DNA from: a virus
Length of the DNA stretch: 64,000 nucleotides
Reading direction: 5' to 3' (one strand)
IMG/VR virus record: IMGVR_UViG_3300009164_000047
Coordinates: 33,705-97,704 of that record
Below the pieces are notes generated by a model. That model was not told the DNA's origin and did no database searches. It worked only from the letters and a program-made list of their open reading frames with translations. The position numbers and the translations under genes are program-made. Positions 56,263-64,000 of this stretch are shown one piece after another (position 1 is the stretch's first letter; each line of letters opens with the position of its first letter).

Positions 56263-56955
56263 ATGATTGATATCAACAACACACTAGACTTAATTAAACT
56301 AAAATTCTATAATGAGTGGTTATACACTGCCCATATCTACGATGAGGGCGAAAGCGGTTTTCATTTACAACTAACTAAACAAGTAGTTGAATCTTACATT
56401 GACCCATTAAATTTAAAGAAAGATGCACATATCTTAGATTTAGGCTGCGGTCCTGGTTACTTCTTAGATGCAATGAAAGAACGCGGGTACACTAATCTTG
56501 TTGGTGTAACATTAAGTCCGGGCGATATTAAACTTTGTGAAAGCAAAGGTCATGTTGTTAAACCATATGATTTAACCTTCTTACCACAAAAAGACGGTTA
56601 CTATGATGAAAGTGTAGACTTTATCTTCTTGCGCCATGCACTGGAACATAGTCCATACCCAATCTTTTCATTAATGGAATACAATCGTATTCTAAAGCAA
56701 GGTGGAAAGATTTATATTGAAGTTCCTGCTCCAGATTGTGACCGTAAGCATGAAACTAACTTGAATCACTATAGCATTTTAGGTTCTACTCAGTTAGCCG
56801 CATTGATTGACCGTACTGGATTTACTATTAATGCGTTCAATACACTAGAATTTGATTTAGCAGTAGGGCAAGATGAAGAAGGCAATAAAATCGAAGCCAG
56901 AGAAAAATACTACTGCATAGTAGCAACTAAAACTCGCCCTTTAGATATCAAATAA
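56263..56955 (+). CDS. Class I SAM-dependent methyltransferase
   Basis: ILDLGCGPG, HALEH, RILKQGG.IYIEVP. Confidence 0.9.
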   Translation: MIDINNTLDLIKLKFYNEWLYTAHIYDEGESGFHLQLTKQVVESYIDPLNLKKDAHILDLGCGPGYFLDAMKERGYTNLVGVTLSPGDIKLCESKGHVVKPYDLTFLPQKDGYYDESVDFIFLRHALEHSPYPIFSLMEYNRILKQGGKIYIEVPAPDCDRKHETNLNHYSILGSTQLAALIDRTGFTINAFNTLEFDLAVGQDEEGNKIEAREKYYCIVATKTRPLDIK

Positions 56956-56970
56956 TCCGATAAATACATC

Positions 56971-57252
56971 ATGTCCTTTGATGTATGGAAACAAGCTAAA
57001 ATAATGAACGGATTTGACAAACTCAAATCTGTCCCTTCACGTCAAGAAAACCTCGATACTACATTAGAAGATTTAAAGAAACTTAGTGGAATTACTCCGC
57101 AAATTATCGGTGAAGAAAGCAATATAAGTATTACTGGAAACGAAAAAGGTCGACTAATGCGTGAACATAACATCAAACCAGGTACTCCCGAGTGGTTTCA
57201 ACTATGGTTCAGTAAACCATATTTGACTGGCGAAAAGCCTATAGGAAAATAA
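56971..57252 (+). CDS. Hypothetical protein
   Basis: 93 aa, IKPGTPEWFQLWF. Confidence 0.6.
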   Translation: MSFDVWKQAKIMNGFDKLKSVPSRQENLDTTLEDLKKLSGITPQIIGEESNISITGNEKGRLMREHNIKPGTPEWFQLWFSKPYLTGEKPIGK

Positions 57253-57253
57253 C

Positions 57254-58408
57254 ATGTCACTAAACGGAATATCAACATTATCAACTAAAGAATTAAGACA
57301 AAAAGCTAAACTAGATTTAGCGTCATCCGATAGATTAGCAGTATCTAATCCTAGAGTCTATTATGATATTACGCAATTACCAACACAGTATTCTGACAAT
57401 GATATAGTAGATAATACTAATACTGATGGATTGGTTGCGGGACGTCCTTGGATAACCTCCCAGGTATATACAGGCTTGACTTTTACATATGGTCAAGCTA
57501 CAATCAGCTTTACACTAACCAACGGAGTTTTTAGTAATATTACCTGCCCATATGGTGCCGGTGGCTATTCAGCCAGCAGTGGTCAATTAACTATGCCTGG
57601 TAATCAACTCATTGGGGGAACTAGTCCTGCCAATGATATAGTATGGAACTATGTGTGTGCAGCCAACAATGGCGTTATAACAGGATTTACATATAGTTCA
57701 GGTAATCCTTGGACAGGATCATACTCTATAGTAACATCAGGTCAACTATTATACATTGATGCCGGCGACACTAGTAGTTATTCTGGCTCGGGGACAACTT
57801 GGACGGACCTTAGCACATATCAAAACGATGCCACTTTGACCAACAGTCCATCTTTTACCAGTGCCGGTACAGCAAGTTATTTTAGTTTTAATGGTACTAA
57901 CCAGTATGCTCCGGTGACCACATCTAAAATGAATGTCACTTACACAGGTAAGACTACAATGTTTGCAATTAGAACTGTCAATGCCAACACCGGTAATGCT
58001 ACTTATCGTAACTTGTTTGGTGGCAACGGTAATAATCGTAATTTCAATACCTACATGTATCATGTGTCCGGAAGCACTTGGACAATGCATTTCAGCACCG
58101 GTCCTAGTAGCCCGTGGGCCAGCACAGCATCCGCATCTTTCACTGTGACAGATAACCAGTGGATAGTCGTAGCCGCAACACAAACCACTAGTGGAGTAGT
58201 GACTTATTATATTAACGGACAACAGATAGGCACACCAGATACTGGCGTAACATTTTATCAATTTATAAACAGTGGAATAGAAGCAGTAGCGAGGTCAGAT
58301 AACTATTGGCGCGGTGATATTGGCTCAGTTGCTATCTACGGACAAGCATTAAACGCAATTCAAATTCAACAAAACTTCAACGCATTACGCGGTAGATACG
58401 GATTATAA
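57254..58408 (+). CDS. Virion protein with C-terminal LamG/ConA-like domain
   Basis: LLYIDAG..SSYSGSGTTWTDLS...QNFNALRGRYGL. Confidence 0.75.
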   Translation: MSLNGISTLSTKELRQKAKLDLASSDRLAVSNPRVYYDITQLPTQYSDNDIVDNTNTDGLVAGRPWITSQVYTGLTFTYGQATISFTLTNGVFSNITCPYGAGGYSASSGQLTMPGNQLIGGTSPANDIVWNYVCAANNGVITGFTYSSGNPWTGSYSIVTSGQLLYIDAGDTSSYSGSGTTWTDLSTYQNDATLTNSPSFTSAGTASYFSFNGTNQYAPVTTSKMNVTYTGKTTMFAIRTVNANTGNATYRNLFGGNGNNRNFNTYMYHVSGSTWTMHFSTGPSSPWASTASASFTVTDNQWIVVAATQTTSGVVTYYINGQQIGTPDTGVTFYQFINSGIEAVARSDNYWRGDIGSVAIYGQALNAIQIQQNFNALRGRYGL

Positions 58409-58440
58409 ACATAGTCCCTTGTGTTTACTAAATAGTAATT

Positions 58441-59991
58441 ATGAGCGGTACACCTTCACTAGTTAAAACACCTTATGTAAAAACTACATTCAACTCGGAT
58501 AAAGAATTAGATGACTTTATCAAATGTAGTGATCCAAACACAGGTTATCTATACTTTATGGATAACTTCTTTTACATACAACACCCAACACGCGGTAGCA
58601 TGTTGTATCATCCATGGGACTTCCAAGAAAAACTAATACATACTTACCATAACTATCGTTTCAGCATTAGTTTAATGGCTCGACAAACGGGTAAGTCAAC
58701 TAGTGCGGCAGGATATCTACTTTGGTATGCTATGTTTGTACCAGACAGTACAATTCTTATTGCGGCGCATAAATATGCAGGGGCTCAGGAGATTATGCAA
58801 CGTATTCGTTATGCATACGAGAACTGCCCTAATCATATTAAAGCTGGTGTCACTACATACAACAAAGGCTCATTAGACTTTGACAATGGTAGTCGTATTA
58901 TAAGTGCTACAACAACAGAAAATACAGGTCGTGGTCTATCTATTTCATTATTATATCTTGATGAGTTTGCATTCGTAAGACCTACTATTGCAAAAGAGTT
59001 TTGGACATCTATCACACCTACATTATCAACTGGTGGTAAAGCTATTATCACTTCAACTCCAAACAGTGACGAAGACCAATTCGCTATGATTTGGAAGGGT
59101 GCTAACAAAACAGAAGATGAATATGGTAATCAAACTGAACTAGGTATTAATGGCTTCCGTGCATATAAAGCAACATGGCATGCACACCCTGATCGTGATG
59201 AAGTTTGGGCAAAAGAGATACAAGCACAGTTGGGTGAAGATAGATTCCGTCGTGAAATGAATTGTGAATTCATTATCGCTGATGAAACACTTATTAATGC
59301 AAGTACATTAATTGATTTAGAAGGTATTGAACCTTCATACAGACAAGGACAAATTCGTTGGTACGAGAAACCAGTCAAAGGTCATACTTACATTGTAGGT
59401 CTTGATCCAAGTCTTGGTACAGGTGGTGACCCATCTGCTATTCAAATTTTTGATGCAACCACTACTACACAGATAGGTGAATGGAAACATAATAAAACAG
59501 CTATCCCGGATCAAATCAAATTAATAACACAGATTACAAAGTACATACTTGATTGTACCGGCGAACCAAACAATATCTATTACAGTTTAGAAAATAACTC
59601 AATTGGTGAAGCCGCACTTGTTTCATTGAATGAATACGGAGAACACAATATTTCTGGTACAATGATTACCGAATCCGGAGTAAAGAAACGTAAAGGTTTC
59701 AATACTACACACAAAAGCAAACTTGCAGCCTGTGCTAAATTCAAGCATTTGGTTGAAAGCAAAAAAATGAAGATTAACAGCAAAGCGTTAGTCAGTGAAC
59801 TAAAGACGTTTGTAGCATTGGGCGGCAGCTATTCTGCTAAAGTTGGGGAAACTGACGATTTGGTCATGTCTACTTTATTAGTTGTGCGTATGATGCAACA
59901 GTTAAGCAGTTTCTTATTAGATGTAGAGAATCAAATCAAGGATTTTGACGAATTTCTACCACCTTTACCGTTCTTTGCGGTCTTGGGTTAA
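58441..59991 (+). CDS. terL: Terminase large subunit (T4 gp17-like)
   Basis: ARQTGKS, LYLDEFAF, ITSTPN, VGLDP, DDLVM. Confidence 0.95.
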   Translation: MSGTPSLVKTPYVKTTFNSDKELDDFIKCSDPNTGYLYFMDNFFYIQHPTRGSMLYHPWDFQEKLIHTYHNYRFSISLMARQTGKSTSAAGYLLWYAMFVPDSTILIAAHKYAGAQEIMQRIRYAYENCPNHIKAGVTTYNKGSLDFDNGSRIISATTTENTGRGLSISLLYLDEFAFVRPTIAKEFWTSITPTLSTGGKAIITSTPNSDEDQFAMIWKGANKTEDEYGNQTELGINGFRAYKATWHAHPDRDEVWAKEIQAQLGEDRFRREMNCEFIIADETLINASTLIDLEGIEPSYRQGQIRWYEKPVKGHTYIVGLDPSLGTGGDPSAIQIFDATTTTQIGEWKHNKTAIPDQIKLITQITKYILDCTGEPNNIYYSLENNSIGEAALVSLNEYGEHNISGTMITESGVKKRKGFNTTHKSKLAACAKFKHLVESKKMKINSKALVSELKTFVALGGSYSAKVGETDDLVMSTLLVVRMMQQLSSFLLDVENQIKDFDEFLPPLPFFAVLG

Positions 59992-60011
59992 TATTTGATA
60001 AATAGATTATC

Positions 60012-61832
60012 ATGCCCGTAAAACAAGAATCATTAAATAACCAATTAGAGGACGAGTTAAACAAATACAGTCCAGTACCCATGACCTCAGGGGGTAAGGA
60101 AGTTGATGTTGCTGATGAAGCAGACGTTTTCCGATTCGATTTCATTAAAGACGGTGTAAATTACGGTCCAGTTCATGTTTCTATTGATGGAACAAGTAAG
60201 ATGATTATCTACTATAGTAAAGATGTTCAAGACAGCCCTAGAGGTCGTTCTATTGAAGGATCAGGGGAAGAGTCATTTGACGACCTATGCAAAAGATTAT
60301 ATCGTTGGGCTGTAGGTCATCAACTAAGACCCCAAAAAGTCTATAGTTCTAAATTAGGAAGAGATATGGCTAAAAGAGAGCATACTAAAAGAATGGATGA
60401 GGGATATTACTCAACAGGTAAAAAATCTAGTTATAGTGACAATATTGCAGAAACTAAAATTATTATTCAACATTCCCGTGCATTAGAAGAAGGTGAACAA
60501 CGTTTTCGTAATATCGCACGTATCTTTGTTGAAAACGCTGCCGGTGAAAAGTTCTTATTAGATACAAAGATGCCCGGTCTCGCACGTGTACATGCACGTA
60601 ACATTGCTGAAGGACACACTCCATATGATGAGCGTGGTAAACACATCAGCAGTATGATTAAAGAATACAATACAATGGCAGGCTTTTGCCGTGCTACCAA
60701 AAACAATACAAATGAAAGTATCAGTCATTTAGTTGAAAGTGGTTTTCAACATTATGGACAAGTACGTGAAACATTACGTAAGTTATCAAGCAAGCGTGGC
60801 TACAAAGAATACTTTGAAAGCTGGACACCTACATTGAATGAAGAAGTAGTTGACTCGACTACTGATTTAGCTGAGATGTTTTTGAATAGCAGTCTTGACC
60901 CAAGAATTGAAAATGCATTACCGTTTCTATCTAAGTTTGCACAACCTGTCATGGAAATGAATGAAGTTGTTGAATTAGAAGAATGGACAAATACTATTGT
61001 TGATGAAGCACTTAGACCAAACTCAAAAGCACAGATAGAAAATCTGGCTACATTATTGAGTGCTGGTAATCAAATACCTTTTGGACCTAACGCACTTACT
61101 ATTAAAAGTGAATTAGCTGGATTGTTAGACAATGACCAATTGCACAGTAAACTAGAACTGTTGTCACAAGATGATCCTGATGCTGATGCTAAAGATTCAG
61201 TGTTAGCTTGGATGGAACTATCACGTGATCCAGCAATGCAAGAAGTAGTTGATATGGTTAAAGCAGGAAGTCAGCCGGCTCCTGCTCCAGCAGAACCCCC
61301 ACCGCAACCTGCACCAACAGAACCTCAGCAACCACTACAAGAATTTGCAATGGATGACGGTGACGATGGTAACGAACCAGATGAAGAAGCAATTCTACGT
61401 CAGTTGGCATCACATTGGTGGTCAGGTACTGAACAACAAATGGCTAAGGCGCAAAAGACATTAGCGGCAATGGGCTGGGAAATTGGTCCAGATGAAAGTG
61501 GTGATGACGATGCAGGTGTGTATGTGTACCGTATAGGGGACGAAGATGGTCGTGATACTATAGCGTTTGCTCACAGTGAATTAGAATTAAATGAAGGTGA
61601 ACTAGGTGATATGCGTGACTTCTTTAAGACACAACCTGGTATAGCACCTACACCACAAGTAGCGGCTAGATATCGTGCAAGTGAAGAAGATATGGCAGAA
61701 AGTTTAGACACTGACCAAAAGCGTGTTGGTCAATTAGGTCCTAAAGCTAAGTATGCTAAGAAAGGTGACTTGGTGGGTGCAATGGAAAGCATTGATCCAT
61801 TATCAGAACTCAAACGATTATTGGGTAAATAA
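60012..61832 (+). CDS. Large acidic hypothetical protein (possible head-associated polyprotein)
   Basis: 606 aa with a Pro-rich linker and many [LM]xE junctions; late motif upstream. Confidence 0.6.
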   Translation: MPVKQESLNNQLEDELNKYSPVPMTSGGKEVDVADEADVFRFDFIKDGVNYGPVHVSIDGTSKMIIYYSKDVQDSPRGRSIEGSGEESFDDLCKRLYRWAVGHQLRPQKVYSSKLGRDMAKREHTKRMDEGYYSTGKKSSYSDNIAETKIIIQHSRALEEGEQRFRNIARIFVENAAGEKFLLDTKMPGLARVHARNIAEGHTPYDERGKHISSMIKEYNTMAGFCRATKNNTNESISHLVESGFQHYGQVRETLRKLSSKRGYKEYFESWTPTLNEEVVDSTTDLAEMFLNSSLDPRIENALPFLSKFAQPVMEMNEVVELEEWTNTIVDEALRPNSKAQIENLATLLSAGNQIPFGPNALTIKSELAGLLDNDQLHSKLELLSQDDPDADAKDSVLAWMELSRDPAMQEVVDMVKAGSQPAPAPAEPPPQPAPTEPQQPLQEFAMDDGDDGNEPDEEAILRQLASHWWSGTEQQMAKAQKTLAAMGWEIGPDESGDDDAGVYVYRIGDEDGRDTIAFAHSELELNEGELGDMRDFFKTQPGIAPTPQVAARYRASEEDMAESLDTDQKRVGQLGPKAKYAKKGDLVGAMESIDPLSELKRLLGK

Positions 61833-61876
61833 GTCAACAAAAACCTCACTAAAAATGTGAGGTTAACCATATCTGG

Positions 61877-61916
61877 CATAAATACTATTGACAGGTCGCA
61901 GTAAGTAGTTTATACT
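61877..61916 (+). promoter_or_regulatory. Tandem late motif and sigma70 promoter for ssb
   Basis: CATAAATA (61877), then TTGACA-N17-TATACT (61888-61916). Confidence 0.75.
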
Positions 61917-61991
61917 TACGACTTGTTAGTCACATAATTATGTGTGACGAATTTAAAACAAAGACCATCTTAATGAAATAAGGAGAATATT

Positions 61992-62984
61992 ATGGCCTCA
62001 TTAGCAGAAATTCGTGCCCGTATCGCGGCACAAGAAAACAAGTCAGGTAGCAACAACGGTTCTACAAAACAATCTGACAACTCAATCTACCCCCACTGGA
62101 ATATGGACGAAGGCACAACAGCCGCATTACGTTTCCTACCAGACGCAGACAGTAAAAATACTTTCTTTTGGGTAGAACGTCAAATCATCAAACTACCATT
62201 CAATGGCGTTAAGGGTGATCCAAACGTAAAACAAATTCAAGTACAAGTACCTTGCGTTGAAATGTATGGACCTGAAAACTCTTGCCCAATCTTAGCAGAA
62301 GTTCGTCCATGGTACAAAGACGAAAGTTTGAAAGAAATGGCAAACAAGTATTGGAAGAAACGTAGTTATATCTTCCAAGGTTTTGTTCGTCAAAATCCTC
62401 TTGGCGATGACGTAACACCTGCGAACCCAATTCGTAAGTTTATCATCAGCCCACAAATCTTTACTATCATCAAATCAAGTTTGATGGATCCTGAGATGGA
62501 AGAATTGCCAACTGACTATTTACGTGGTCTTGACTTCAACGTTAAGAAATCAAGCAAAGGTGGTTATGCTGATTACTCTACATCAACTTGGTCACGTAAA
62601 GAAAGTGCATTGACTGAGGCAGAACAAGCCGCAATACAAGCACATGGTTTATACACATTGCTAGACTTCTTACCCAAGAAGCCAGGTGAGGCAGAACTAC
62701 GCATTATGAAAGAAATGTTTGAAGCAAGCGTAGATGGTAAACCATATGACAATGAACGCTGGGGTAACTATTTTAGACCTTATGGTTTGGAAGCACCAGC
62801 AGGTGGCAAGCCAGCAGATGATGCTGAACAATCAGTTCCAGTTTCAACTCCTACTCCTAAAGTTAGCATCCCTGATGACGAACCAGCAATGGCTGAATCA
62901 GTTTCGATTCCAACTGCGGCATCAAGTGATAAAGCACAAGACATTCTCGCAATGATCCGTGCTAGACAAGCAAAGACTGCTTAA
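61992..62984 (+). CDS. ssb: Single-stranded DNA-binding protein (T4 gp32-like)
   Basis: LRFLP, C...CP, GLDFNVKK..KGGYADY.TS.W; located upstream of uvsX. Confidence 0.85.
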   Translation: MASLAEIRARIAAQENKSGSNNGSTKQSDNSIYPHWNMDEGTTAALRFLPDADSKNTFFWVERQIIKLPFNGVKGDPNVKQIQVQVPCVEMYGPENSCPILAEVRPWYKDESLKEMANKYWKKRSYIFQGFVRQNPLGDDVTPANPIRKFIISPQIFTIIKSSLMDPEMEELPTDYLRGLDFNVKKSSKGGYADYSTSTWSRKESALTEAEQAAIQAHGLYTLLDFLPKKPGEAELRIMKEMFEASVDGKPYDNERWGNYFRPYGLEAPAGGKPADDAEQSVPVSTPTPKVSIPDDEPAMAESVSIPTAASSDKAQDILAMIRARQAKTA

Positions 62985-62989
62985 TAGTA

Positions 62990-63011
62990 AGGGGGAAGTA
63001 ACCTTCCCCCT
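62990..63011 (+). terminator. Stem-loop after ssb (weak U-tract)
   Basis: AGGGGGAAG-TAAC-CTTCCCCCT. Confidence 0.55.
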
Positions 63012-63025
63012 ATTAGGAGAACACT

Positions 63026-63271
63026 ATGACACTACCAGACGAAAGATATCGGGCTATTAAGCAAAGCAAGAGATTGCTAGAAGAACTATGTGATCCTGGT
63101 AAAACACCAAGAGTACCTAGTTTAGTTAGAGATCGGGCAAGAACATTACTGCGTCATTTCCCAAGTGAATATGAATTGGATAACATCGCAGAAAAATGTC
63201 CCGACTTACTTGATAAACAACCGTTTAATATGTATACTAACGGTAAACACATTGGAGATAAAATTGGGTAA
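63026..63271 (+). CDS. Small conserved protein (BPSL0761-like)
   Basis: MTLPDERYRA...PRVP..VR.RA..LLRHFP. Confidence 0.6.
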   Translation: MTLPDERYRAIKQSKRLLEELCDPGKTPRVPSLVRDRARTLLRHFPSEYELDNIAEKCPDLLDKQPFNMYTNGKHIGDKIG

Positions 63272-64000
63272 GCCATTTGACGTAAGTAAATTTAGAAAAG
63301 AAATCACTAAGTCCATTGAAGGACTTAGTATAGGGTTTAACGATCCGACCGATTGGATCAATACAGGAAATTATGCACTTAACTATCTTATTAGTGGTGA
63401 TTTTAACAAAGGGGTTCCTCTTGGCAAGGTCACTGTATTTGCTGGCGAATCTGGTTCCGGAAAGAGTTTCATCTGCTCTGGCAACTTGGTTCGTCACGCA
63501 CAGCAACAAGGTATCTTTGTGGTTCTCATCGATTCGGAAAATGCTTTAGATGAGAAGTGGTTGCACGCCTTAGGTGTTGAAACTACAGAAGATAAATTGT
63601 TAAAACTAAACATGGCTATGATTGATGATGTAGCCAAGACAATCAGTAAATTTGTTATTGATTATAAAGCACTTCCAGCAGAAGACAGACCTAAAGTATT
63701 GTTTGTTATTGATAGCTTGGGAATGTTACTAACGCCAACTGATGTAAATCAGTTTGAAGCAGGTGATATGAAGGGCGACATGGGTCGTAAGCCTAAAGCA
63801 TTGGCTGCACTTGTTCGTAACTCTGTCAACATGTTTGGTAGTTTGAACATTGGTATGGTCGCAACTAATCATACATATGCAAGTCAGGATATGTTTGATC
63901 CAGATGACAAGGTATCAGGTGGTCAAGGCTTTGTATATGCAAGTAGTATTCTTGTTGCTATGAAGAAACTCAAACTCAAAGAAGATGAGGATGGTAACAA
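63264..64000 (+). CDS. uvsX: RecA/UvsX recombinase, 3'-truncated, not in the ORF track
   Basis: TTG start after GGAG. MGKPFDVSKFRK...TGNYALNYLISG...AGESGSGKS...IDSENALD...IDSLGML...SGGQG. Confidence 0.93.
   Translation, partial: MGKPFDVSKFRKEITKSIEGLSIGFNDPTDWINTGNYALNYLISGDFNKGVPLGKVTVFAGESGSGKSFICSGNLVRHAQQQGIFVVLIDSENALDEKWLHALGVETTEDKLLKLNMAMIDDVAKTISKFVIDYKALPAEDRPKVLFVIDSLGMLLTPTDVNQFEAGDMKGDMGRKPKALAALVRNSVNMFGSLNIGMVATNHTYASQDMFDPDDKVSGGQGFVYASSILVAMKKLKLKEDEDGN

Noticed and set aside
63237-63509. Minus-strand 90-aa ORF
   Set aside because: Antisense to the clear uvsX frame.
1-64000. Stop-codon reassignment, introns or inteins
   Set aside because: Genes are intact and densely packed in the standard code, and thyA, terL and ssb are of normal length without interruptions.

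Overview
AT-rich segment of a large lytic dsDNA myovirus-like (probably jumbo) phage with T4-type terminase, SSB and UvsX genes. The host is inferred to be a Gram-negative proteobacterium, probably a betaproteobacterium, from the spanins, the porin and the tmRNA-tag and PqqA sequence types. Layout: (i) 1-9249, baseplate/tail structural genes; (ii) 9299-16649, glycosyltransferase, radical SAM and 2OG-Fe(II) cluster; (iii) 16650-22744, accessory island; (iv) 22741-45772, minus-strand block of giant fibre/adhesin genes followed by modification enzymes; (v) 45864-50553, sigma70-promoted early genes (metallopeptidase, MoxR-like AAA, VWA); (vi) thyA, epimerase, spanins and a secreted nuclease; (vii) head-associated proteins, terL, ssb and a truncated uvsX. 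The most notable elements lie in the accessory island and are absent from the ORF track. One is a circularly permuted two-piece tmRNA gene whose intervening segment holds a 56-codon ORF with its ribosome-binding site sequestered in the closing stem. The other is a stand-alone pqqA (PQQ precursor peptide) transcription unit near a phage-encoded outer-membrane beta-barrel. The fibre genes show nested in-frame domain insertions, and many genes appear to be leaderless. All calls come from reading motifs by eye; no database searches were run.
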